NCBI GenBank assembly: GCA_016748015.1
Contig: JAAOMT010000697.1
Span: 504,868 to 568,867, forward strand
Length of the DNA: 64,000 bases
Direction: 5' to 3'
Source: Geosiphon pyriformis uo1
Taxonomy: Eukaryota; Fungi; Glomeromycota
This document shows positions 25,986-37,410 of the stretch, piece after piece. The notes under the pieces are model-generated. The model had not been told where the DNA came from. It did no database searches and saw only the letters and a program-made list of their open reading frames with translations. The position numbers and the translations under genes were made by a program. How positions within the stretch are numbered: the first letter of the stretch is position 1; every line of letters starts with the position of its first letter.

Positions 25986-28900
25986 GTGAACTCGTTTGGA
26001 AGATCACCACATGCAATGTTAGAGGAATGACCAATCCTACGAAACAGGATGACATTATTTGTTGACACAACAACATGAACAATTTGATTTCAATTTTTAT
26101 GGAAACAAAGTTAAAGAGGAGGGTTCATCCTTGGATCATTAACAAATTTGATAGTGTAAGGGTGTTTATATCTGGCTTGAATTCTGGTTATCTGGGTGTT
26201 GGTGTTGTAATTGTCATGAATTCTTTTTTGGCAAAACATGTGTGCAAGGTTTCTGAGGTGCCTGGCTGGCTCTTATCTATTAAGTTGCTGTTTAAGAATA
26301 AACTTTCAGTATCGATTTTGGGGCTTTATGCAGGCACTTTATTGGTGGTTTGGTTTTCTCAGGCTGGTGAAATTAACTCTCTCATCGCAAAGGCTGTTAA
26401 TAAATCTTCTTTCGTTATTTTTGGAGGTGATTTCAATGAAGATGGTTTGCGTAAAAGTGCAAGTTTTAAGAGATGTCTCAATTTGGGGCTAGTCAACTCT
26501 TTGTCAGGTAGTCTGGTTGTGAAAAGTCTTATATGGAAGAATTCAAGAGGTGTGAAAAAGACTATTAATTATGTGTTTGTCTCCTCAAGTCTGGTCAGTG
26601 TGATCATATATCGTAATGTTTTGAAGGTTGGTGAACATTATGACATGGATTACCAGGCTGTTTCTGTGTTCATAGGCTTGGATGGGCTTTTGAATGCACA
26701 GTTGAATTCTTTTCGAAAACAGGCATATAAGGATCATTGGAAGTTCAATTTTTAAGGGTGCTGATGAGGTTAGATGAAACAATTTTAAAGGTGCCATGTT
26801 GGCCAATGCTACAATGTTCTCAGATGAGTTCGCCACTTCCATGCAGTTTTTGGACTTGGATGCAATATGGGATATTGTTTGCAAGATATTGGTTCTCTTA
26901 ACTAGTGAAGTGTTTAAGAAAAAGTGGTTTAAGGATTTCGATAATGTTTTCACCAAGGAATTTTTGAGTTTTCACAAATTAGAGCTTTTGGTTTCCAAGA
27001 TTGTCAAGACCTTATGTGAGAAGTGTGTTGCAAATTTTGAGTCTTTTATGGGACATTGGGTTTCTTTGGACGATGTTAGGACTTCGGTTGTATGAAGTTT
27101 GGTGGATTCTGATGCTGGCGCTGATGATGTTTGTTCTGCTCTCTTTGGTGCTAGGAGATCTTATTGCGCATCCAAGCTTGTTGAGTCTTTGAGGGCTAAA
27201 GAAACAAACATCAGGTCTGTTATAGATAAGAGAATGGAGAGTTTTGAGGTGGATAAAGGTTACACAATCAGAAGTGTACTGGAATGACCCTTTCACAAAG
27301 TGGTTTTGGATCATTTGGTCATGGATGATGAGTTAATTTTTGAGTCTAATTTGGTAAAATCTAAAGTTGACAATATTATGGAAAGATGGACCAGGAAGTG
27401 GTTAGTGGTTGATGATGTTTCTGATGCTTGGTCTCATTAGTACCGACCTTTGAACTATGTTTTTGATGAGGCTTTCTTTGGAGTGATGTGTGCGATTGAT
27501 TTTGATGAGTTGCATCATGTGGTCTCTAATCTGCCTGATGGCAAAGCTGCTGGTCTTTCAAGTATCTCTAATGAACTATGGAAACATTGTAATAAGTCAG
27601 TTTTGGGTTTGCTTCTGGTTCTGTTGAATTCTTGTCTATCTTGTGAATCAATACCTGGTTCTTGGAAAGAGGCTTGAGTTTCAATGATTCCCAAGCCCTA
27701 TAAGTGGGAGGGTGTTCTTATGAATACTTGTCCTATTGCTTTGATCGAAACTGCCTACAAAATTCTCTCCAAGATTCTTTCGGACAGGATCTCACTGGCT
27801 TGCAGCTCTCATGATGTCTTATATGGTGACAATTTTTCAGTTTTAAAGGGTATGACAACTCAGTTACCTATTTTTGCTGTTGGTTTAGTTGTTGAGGATG
27901 CTCTGGAGAAAAACTGGGAGCTCTGGTTGGTTTTACAGGACATACGAAAAGCTTATGATTTGGTTGGCTGGAAACACCTCGAGAAAAGTTTGGTCAGGAT
28001 TAAGATGTGTAGCAAATTTATTCGGTTTTTTGCAGTATTCATAGGAATTGCACCAATTGTGTAATGACAAATTTTGGTTTGATGGATGGCTATTATGTGC
28101 ACAATAGTCTGGATCAAGGAGAGGTTTTTTCCCCACTTCTGTGGCGTATATTTTATAATCCTCTATTGTGTGAAGTCAAGTGTCAAAGAAGTGTGTGTGA
28201 ATATAGGTTGAATTCTCATTTTGTGTCTAAAAGTGGTCATATCGAATCTCAGACTGGGCTATCTTCCTTTTTTGCTGCTGGTGCTTTTGTCGATGATATA
28301 ATCTGGGTTGGTAGCAGTCAAAGTGCTACTCAACATATTCTCAATGTAGCTGGCGAATTTTTTCATATTAATGACATTTCAATCAATAATAACAAAACAG
28401 TGGCAATTCCCATTAATAGTAGAGTCAGCAATCCTTTTCTTTCCATTAGTGGCTCACTGATCTCCATTGCCAAAAGGGGTGAATTTTATCAGTACTTGGA
28501 TATTTTTCTCTCAACTGAAGATCTTTCAAAGCCTAGTTTGGCTAAGACAAATTCTGATGTTTGTTTTTTTATTAATCTGGTCTTGAGGAAGGCAGTTTCA
28601 GATAAGCAATTTTTGTATCTGGTGTCGGCAGTCTTTCATTCTATAATCAGCTATAGAATGCAATTCAGCTTGGTTCCTGTTGGCATGTGCAACAAATAGG
28701 ACACTATGGTTCACAAATATTTGAAACTTAAATCTGGTCTCTCACAGGATTTTCTTAGTGATACAATCTACCATCCTTCTTTTTATGGTTTAAAGTCCTT
28801 TTAACAGTGTCAGTCAGAAAGTAAGATTGCTTCACTTATCAGTTTCACAAACTCTATCAGGATTTTGGGGCATATGTTTAGTTACAAGTCTCATGACTTG

Positions 28901-30661
28901 CAAGTTCTGTGCTGGCGGCCTATTCATCTCTTGATCTCTCCTACTCGCATTTGTGTCAGTGTTTCTAATAATTTCTTGGCTGGTGTGGTTTCCATCCTTC
29001 TTGACTGCAAGCTGTCTTTGGGTGGTTTCTTGGCCAGTGCTTTTCGGTTTTGTGGTGGGGTTTTTATGTTTGTTGTTCTTGGCGAGTCTTTGTTTTTTAA
29101 GTTTTTGCCATCCCTTTGGCATTATGGTGTTGTTTTCGTGGACCAGCTTCAGGATTGCTATGGTAATGTCTTTAACTGGCTTATCTTTAAGTGATGGAAG
29201 AGGCTGGATCCTTGTGGTCCAGTCCTTGAGTGGTTTGAACGTTCAGTCAAGTTTCTTGTGGCCTCCCATTTTTCTCCCTCAGTTTCAGTTGGTGTTGGTC
29301 CTGTTAACATTTGTAGTTCTGATGATTTTGTTTCTGTATGTGATTGTTTCTCTCAGGTTAATGCTGATAGTTTGTCTGTGTATACGGATGGGTCATTAAA
29401 AAATTTGGGCACGACTGGTTGTAAGGCTGGGGCTGCTGCATTTTTTGAGGACATTAACTTGGGTTTGAGTATTAGTGTTCAGGGTTTGGTGTCATCTACT
29501 TTGGCAGAATTGCAGGCTATAGCGTTGGCTCTGGAGTGTGTATCTATGGCTTATTCTGTTTGTCTGTTTTCAGACAGTCAGGCAGCCTTGGATGCTTGCA
29601 TGTCAGAGGTTGACTTGGTGTATCCTGACTTTCACAATCGGTACTGGGTCAAATGCTGGCATATTAGGAATGTTATTCACAGTAAGAATTTAAGGGTTAG
29701 CTGGCACAAGGTTAAGAGTCACTCTGGTGTATCGGGGAATGATCGAGCCAACAGCATCGCTGACGCTGCAACTTTCTATAATTGGTTTCTCTCTCCTCGT
29801 GTTGATAAATGTTTTTTGTTAGCGGATAATGGTATTGTGTCTAGTAACTCTAGACACTTTGTTTGAGACATTTTTTGTGCTGTTTGTCAGATGCATTGGG
29901 AGATCAGTTCTGGTTCTGAGTTTCTACTTAAAGATTTGCACTTGGATGTTGATTGGCCTAGCTCTTTCAGAATTTGGCATCCTAATTCACATATGGCAAC
30001 AGGTTTTATTAGCAGGCATACCGCTGACGTTCGTACTTACTTAATGAAGGCTTTGTACCATCAGTTTCCCGTGGCTGTTCGAAAGTGTGTTTATGATAGA
30101 TGTTACCCGAGTGTTCTGTGTCTGTATTGTGGTGAGATAGAGGTATCTGATCATGTGTTTTCTTGTGTAATTAATGATCCAGCTCATTGTTGGGTTTTGG
30201 AATCCTGTATGTCTTCTTGGAAGGCAATTTCTAGTCTTTCCATCTCTTTTTCTAATGTATTGCAGCTGTTGTCGACTTGTGCTTCAGATTTCCTGGTGTC
30301 CTCAGCTCTTTACAAGGGTTTTGTTTTCAGAAGATGGTTTTGGGAGGCTGTTTCAGTCTTCCATAATCCCAAGGTTGCTGGCGTCAAGATTACTGATTTT
30401 GTACGCTCCCTTTGTGTCGCTTTCAGAAATAACATTTGGTTGGTCCATGCCAAGCATTGTGCATACATGAAAAAGAATGGTCTGATTCTGGTGGATGGCT
30501 TGATTCCTGTCTTGGTTTCTGGTTTGGTTTTAAGGTTTTCGGGTGGTGTGATTAAATTGCTTGGTATTGCTGAAGCTTTTGGCATCCGTTTTGGTTTTCG
30601 CAAATCTTGTTCATTTTTCTCAGGTATTGGTGACTCAGTTTCTATTAATATAGATGTGTAG
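25982..30661 (+). pseudogene. LINE ORF2: APE endonuclease, RT, RNase H, C-terminal Zn finger
   Basis: TCNVRG/ETK/GGDFN; PIALIE, LQDIRKAYD, QGEVFSPLL, AFVDD; VYTDGS..AELQAI..DSQAA..KVKSHSGVSGNDRA; CLYCG..DHVFSC. Confidence 0.93.
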
Positions 30662-31090
30662 TGTTGTTTTGACTGGCTTGAGTGGCTGGTCATGTATAGA
30701 AAGTACATGATTCACACTTAGTTTAAATTATTTCTTTGATGTATAGTTCTAAGTTGCATTTGGACTTCACTCGTTAAATAAATAAATAAATAAAAATAAA
30801 ATTTTTAATTTATAGTTTTATATACAAGATAGATTTAATTATTTATAAAAATGTATTAAATAAACATTTTTTGCTTTAATAATTTAAAACTAATATATGT
30901 TTAAATATTTTTTAGTGTTTTAGTCTTTAATTATCTCTATTAATAATAATAATTTATATATAATAATATATAAAAATTTTGTTTGTTTTTAACAATATAA
31001 AAACTATTATATTAAAAATTATTGTTTTGCTTATAAGATAATAATTAATGTTTGATAATTTGACTTTAAACTTAAAACTACATTAAAAAA

Positions 31091-31171
31091 AATAGTTTAT
31101 TGTAAGTTAATAGTTTATTGTAAGTTAATAGTTTATTGTAAGTTAATAGTTTATTGTAAGTTAATAGTTTA
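31091..31171. repeat. 18-bp minisatellite x 4.5
   Basis: (AATAGTTTATTGTAAGTT)4 plus a partial unit, no spacers. Confidence 0.9.
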
Positions 31172-31624
31172 ATACTTATTAGTATTTTTGGTTTTTTACT
31201 ATTTTATTTAATAATACTTGGTATTATAAAGGATTAGACTATAAGTTTTGATTTGTGAATATATTATTTGTTCTTTTTTTAGGCTGAATAAACATGTTTT
31301 AATTAAAATAGTTACATAATGTAATTTTGATTAGCTTAAGTGATTGGTTACATGTAAATTATATTTAATTTAAAATATTTGGTTGTTATATTGTATTGTA
31401 TTAAATAAAAATTTTATTTTTGTAATTTAATTACAATTTTATTATTATATAAACTTAAATATAAAATTAATTATTCATAACAACAAAAACAACAACAATT
31501 ATATTAAAATAATTCATAATTAATTAAAATATATAAAATTACAGATTAATTATTTACAATATAAATATTTTATTATGTTTTTTAATTGAATTTTGGATAT
31601 ACGTATAAAAAATGGTCATATTGA

Positions 31625-31728
31625 TTTTTTTCACGTGACGGTTATTGCTTCTCTTTGAAAAAAATTTTAGACTGCATTCCACAGTTTTCATACCTCGTTC
31701 CTTTCCCTTTTCAGATATCCTTACCAAG
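31625..31728 (+). promoter_or_regulatory. RPS19 promoter and non-coding first exon: TCACGTGA E-box, RRPE-like TGAAAAAAATTTT, pyrimidine tract
   Basis: TCACGTGA 31631-31638; A/T motif at about 31656-31668; CCTCGTTCCTTTCCCTTTTC; donor GTAATT at 31729 and acceptor TAG immediately before ATG 31853. Confidence 0.5.
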
Positions 31729-31852
31729 GTAATTAATTTCCTGAAGGCTAATAATGCATAATTATGAGAACTTGGTGTTTCTCCACGCCTTAGGGTGTGT
31801 TTCATCTCATAAATTCTACTACGGGGTTCCTCTGTTCGAAACGTTACTATAG

Positions 31853-32439
31853 ATGGCTGGTGGCTTTACCGTGAAAGACGTAAACCCCCACGATTTTGTA
31901 AAAGCCTATGCCGCTTATCTAAAGCGCTCCGGAAAACTCGAAATACCCAAGTGGGTAGACCTTGTTAAAACTGGCCCTTACAAGGAATTGGCGCCATATG
32001 ATGCCGATTGGTTTTATATTCGTGCAGGTATGGATCAAAGGACAATAAATTATGATAAAATTACATTTTTATAACATTGATATTTCTTGCTGTTTTCAAA
32101 GCCGCCGTAGCCCGTCATATATATCTTAGAAATGGAGTTGGGGTTGGTGCCTTGAAAAAATTACATGGTGGACGCCAGCGAAGAGGTACTCGTCCCTCCC
32201 ATCATGCCAATTCTTCTGGATCTGTTGCCCGTAAAGTCCTTCAAGCACTCGAGAAAATCAATGTCCTTGAAAAAGATCCAAAAGGGTAAGTAGAAGCCTT
32301 GTACGCCAAATTGAAGTTACCTTTAGGAACAATAATCGTTGATTGATTCCAAATATCATTCAGGGGTCGTAAAATCACTCAAGATGGGCAACGTGATCTT
32401 GATCGCATTGCTCAAGCCGTTCTTACCAAGGAAGAATGA
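31853..32439 (+). CDS. RPS19: 40S ribosomal protein S19 (eS19)
   Basis: Exons 31853-32027, 32102-32285, 32364-32439: [47 protein letters not shown]. Confidence 0.97.
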
Positions 32440-32655
32440 TAGTAGTCACTTGAAAAATAAAAAAATTATAAATGTTCTAGACGCAGTATTGTAGTTAAAG
32501 CATCTGCATTTTGTATTGGATTCGCTCGAGATCCTGAAAAATACCCCAATAATTAATATGGATTTTAATTAGTCTCATCTCAATTTTAAAAATAACGACC
32601 CCAATCAAAGTATATCTTTCCAAAAATTTTAATTTTTAAGGTAAATTATAATTTC

Positions 32656-35600
32656 TTATTGTTCATCGACCTCGAAAACATCGGAAGATATCTTTAGCCG
32701 TTTAAGTGGCATCGGCATACGAGAATATGTTCTCTTTTTTGAATTGGTAGACGTTATATCTATATTATCTGGAATGTTGATCTCGGTTAAAGTTGAAGAT
32801 AAAGGAGTACTGGGTCTAAGAGGAGAAGGGAATGATGATTCTTCTGTCGAGCTCCAGGTTTCGCTGTAGTTATAGTCATTTTTTCGTGGGGTTGTACCGG
32901 TGGGAATATCAGCCTTTTCATGATCATAGTTATTGATAGATTAGTGAAAATTCTACAAATTTTATGCTTGATTTTGCCTTGTAATACCTTGACATTTTGA
33001 GTCACTAGTAAATTAATTTCATTTCTTTCTTGCTGTATATAACTGATTGCATCGTCATGTATTATTTGTGTATTATTTGCTTTTTCTCGCGCCTATCATT
33101 AATAGTTGTTAAAATTTTGCAATTTCAAAAAATTCTAAAAGGAAGGAACTTACCAAGTTTTCGAATGGAACGAGCGAATTTAAAATTCCGTCTTGAACAT
33201 TCACAAGTGGAATTCTCATATCTGCATACACTTTTCCGATGTCATCTGATAATCGATCTAGTGATTGAGTTTGATCTTGCCGAACTCGTGCAAATATTTC
33301 ATCAGCTATTCAAAGGGAAAATGATGAGTAATATAAATAGCAATCACCAATAGAAAATCATTCTTAACTGACCAGAGCGATTTTTCGTAGCCAAGGTTAA
33401 AGTTGCAGCATTGGTAACGCTTCTTGATGCATCCAGATATGTCTTGACATTACTTCCGATTGATTCAAACTTGTTTAGTAAAAGATCACGTGGTTCCTGC
33501 GAAATTCAAAGTGGGTAAGATGTGCGATGCTATAATAAAATCTAATTCATATGGACTCACATCCTGTATCAGCGATGTTAATTGTTCTTGTGCCTTTTCA
33601 TATCGGCCTCTTATATGGTTCATATGATTCATGTTTAATGCTAAAATTTCTTCAAACGATTGGGAAGACCCGCGCGCAAAAGCAGTCATGGGTATTTGAT
33701 AGCTAAGGACATATTTGAGATATATATATCAAAGAGAGGATTGTGAAAAAAAGGATATAATCTGTTTCCTTTTTGACATAGTTATTGAATTTCTCGGCGA
33801 ATTGGGTGAATTCCATGGCAATCTTGTTTCGGCGTTCACTCTATCATTTCAAATCATAAGCTGAAAACCTCATTTTACATTATTTGAAGACATTTTCTCT
33901 TTTAATTACCTGTAAATGGATTGCATCCGAAATGGTATTTTGGAAGATGTTTATTTCTCTCTCTCCGGATTGAATATAAGCTTGGGTATCCTTCACGAGA
34001 CCTGCAGTCTCTTCATGTATTTTATCATGACAAATTTGAACCTAAAAACGAAAACAGCATGATGGTTATCGTTTGGTTAGAAATCAAGTTGAAAATCTAA
34101 GCTTACCTTTGCAAAATAATTATTCATTTCTTGTCGAAAATCCTGTGCGGTACTTTCACAATTGGCCTCAAGATTTTTTTGTGCTTCAAAAATGTTATCT
34201 CGATATTCTTGGAAAAAGCGTCTTTGCCCTTCACAAACATCCTTGAGCGAAATATTTTGATCCGTAGCCATTTTCTCAAACTCTTGACGATTGTGATCAA
34301 ATTGCTGTAGTCCTTCTTCAATAGATTCTAAACTCTGCGAAAGATTCTATAAAGAAAGTTAGACCAGTGAGTTTATTGATTGTAAAAATGAAATTAATAT
34401 TTACCTTTTGAGCTTGATCCGTAAACGTTAATAGTTTGTTGTTTATTGCATCATTGAGATCAACCTCCAAACTTTTAGACTTATTAATAGTTGCTTCAAG
34501 CCCGGATGCCATGGACAAAAATGCTGTCTGAAATTCATTGAGAGCCTTTCGATTTGACATTTCTACGAGTTCTTTTCGCGCTAAGCAAGAAAGAGAAATG
34601 TTAGTTCAAGCATACGAGGTTTTATATTAAAGTATAAAAAAAGTATTTACAAATCTTTTCATATAGTTCATGAATCGCCTTTTCGCGCTGTTTAACAGCA
34701 TCATAAAGTTCTTTCCTTTGTGATTTAAGAGTATGAACTTCATTGATAACATCGCGATATGACTCGGGGGTAAGATAAACTCCGTTTTTATCTCGTGTAG
34801 CCTAAATACATTATACTAAATTTCCCAAAGTATTATAAGCCTGCAGAAGCTAGAAGTTAATATTAATTGACAAACCTGCAAATCGGCTTTAAGTCGTTCG
34901 ATCTGATCTACATATTCTTTTAACAAAACCATTTTGGCAAGTTTCTGGTTGATTTCCGGTTTATTTTTGATCTGTTTTGCACGATGAGCGTACTCTAGAG
35001 TGCTCAAAGTCTCGTCATATGAATTTTTACCCGGGGCGATTGTTGCAATTATGCAAGTCTTGGTCCTGCCACCTAGAGAATCCTGTAGTATTCTTGTGAG
35101 GTTGCTATCCCTTTGAATATGAGGGTAATTTATTTGATTAATTTTGAACGACAAAACCTGAATCACTTCCACAATAAAGATTTAGATGATCGTGCCTGTA
35201 AGGAACATGAGATGCATCGCTTACAAGTTTGTCTATAACCCGTCCCAAGGTTAAGAGACTCTTGTTTATTGATCCAGCTTCCTTTGCCTGTGCATCTTCA
35301 GCACCAGATCGCCCAATATTCTCGGAGCCAGCCAAATCCACCAAATTAAGTTTCCCCACTTTCAATAACTCTTCACCAGCAGTCGTAGTTTCTTTGATGT
35401 GTGTCGTAATTGTAAAGACACAATGTGAACGACTAAAAAAAGTAAATTAGTTATGTATAAAAATAAACTTTCAATATAAATAATAGCTTTTGCTGAACCT
35501 GGAACGAGCATTGTAATTCGTCACAGCTTTTCTTCTCTTTTCCGACCCTTGCTGAAGACTATGAATGCCATGCATAGCATCTCTTAATAAAACTTCTTCC

Positions 35601-36496
35601 AAATTTTGTATTACAACTCCTCCCTTTTTTGAATCATCATATATTTTGATTTGATCGGAACTGTTCTCACCCGAGAGCAAATCCCTCGGTTGTTCATTGT
35701 AGAGTTCGATAAAGGAAAGCTTTACGCTATATTCGGAAAATTTAGCTAAACTATTAAAGAGCTCAATCAAAGTCCTGGGGATGATTCCTGCATCCAGGGA
35801 AGGTAAACCATTTACCATCATTGGTGTAACTGTAGGGTCACCGCCTTCCATAGTATAGCTAAAATGTAATGATTTTTTAAGTTTTCTTTTGGGGTTGAAA
35901 AAGATTTTCTTTAATTCAAAATTGTGAATTGGGCTCACGTTTTTCCAGTTCCAGTCATCCCATAAGCTAGTATACTACAATTATATCTAAGAAAGAAGGG
36001 TGTTAAGAGATTAGGAATTAAAAGGAAGAACCGGAAGACTTGATAATTCTGAATATATACCCCGAAAGAACCTAATAATAAAGTACAATGATGAAATGAA
36101 TTTCCGAGGTCAAGAAAAACACCAAAATCGCCTAAGCTTACCTCTACAAGCATAGGGGCAACTATTTCTTTGAACACGTCATTTTGCGTAGCCTTTTCAC
36201 CAAATACTCTATCAAACGTGTAAGTTTTCCCATGTTCTTTGAGTGATCTAATTTGGGATTTCAAAGGGTCAACCGAAAACTCGCAATCCTTTTTCCGTTT
36301 TGGTGCTTCGCGTTTATTGAGGCCCCTTAGTAAAAAGAATAGTTTTTTAACAATCGAGATTTGAAGAACAAAAACCATAATAGGAAGTGGGTGAATCTTA
36401 CCGACAACGTAATACCACTTGAATATTCGCTTCTTTTACTTCTTGCTTTTTAGAACCTTGATTGGTTCGAAAAGAACTTCGGTTCATTTGGCTCAT
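32656..36496 (-). CDS. Kinesin-5 (BimC/Eg5/KIF11 family), multi-exon
   Basis: [73 protein letters not shown]; coiled-coil stalk; BimC box PTGTTPRK near 32885; stop at 32656. Stalk exons not all resolved. Confidence 0.92.
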
Positions 36497-37410
36497 GGAA
36501 AGGGGGGTTTATGGATTTTGAAATGTGATGGCACAACCTCATGGAAAATATGACCGTTGTTTTCGGAGCGCGTAGGATCTTCGCCACGCGTGTTCTGGAA
36601 AAGTGCCAATTTTATTGGTTCATCAAACCTGTAATACATAAAAATCATTAATGATTAGTTTTATTAATAACTTCCTTTTTTTTAATATGGCTAAAATAAC
36701 AAAAAGTGTTTTTTTTTAAATAATACAAATTTAAAGCAGGTTTTAATTATTTTAGAATTATTTTTTTATTAAAAGTTTTTGTTAATTAAAGTTTTTTTAA
36801 TACACATTAAAAATAAATAATTTTAGAATTATAAAGTTATTCTTATTAATTAAATATCTTTTTACATTTTATTTATAATTTTAAGTTTAACAGCCAGATT
36901 AAATTTTTGTAAATTATTATAAAATTATAAACCAAATTTACAATATTCATAATAATAATATTAATTTAACTAAATCTTTTTTTAGATTCACAAAATTACT
37001 TATTAAATACATAATTTTTTAACAATAACAAGATAAATTTTTTTATTTTTAAACACATTAAAAAACATTTAAAAACCACAAAAATAATATTTTAATACTA
37101 AATTTAGAAAACCAAATTTTAATATATTTTTTGGTAATTTTTTTTTAGTTTGTTTATTTTTAAAACAAAAAAATTAAATATTTTATATTTTTATATTTTA
37201 AATATAATAAATTTAAATAACCAATATTTTTTAAAAATATGAATAATATCAAGTAAAATTGTTTTAAAGATGTTTTTTTGTTAAAAACAAAAGATAAAAA
37301 TCTAAAAAAAATATAAATATCTATTATAAAATTATAATTTGTTGTAAAAATAAAAAAAATTTTTGTATTTTTAATTTTATAATTATAAACAAAGCAAAGA
37401 GTAAAAAAAA

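Larger units (their letters stand above)
24101..30800 (+). mobile_element. Full-length (6.7 kb) inactivated LINE with RNase H
   Basis: 5' end shared with the copy at 50241; ORF1 and ORF2; structured 3' UTR; (TAAA)n tail. Confidence 0.95.

Noticed and set aside
24375-30200. In-frame TGA at Trp positions suggesting an alternative genetic code
   Set aside because: TAG and TAA also replace Trp and Gln codons, positions differ between copies, and host genes use TGA as stop; these are mutations.
31091-31171. Direct repeats resembling a CRISPR array
   Set aside because: Head-to-tail 18-mers without spacers, eukaryotic context, no cas genes.
36650-37410. Extremely AT-rich tracts (also 6700-7150, 21310-21590, 30800-31550) as possible centromere or origin elements
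   Set aside because: No recognisable structure; most simply end-stage decayed repeats, and function cannot be supported from sequence.
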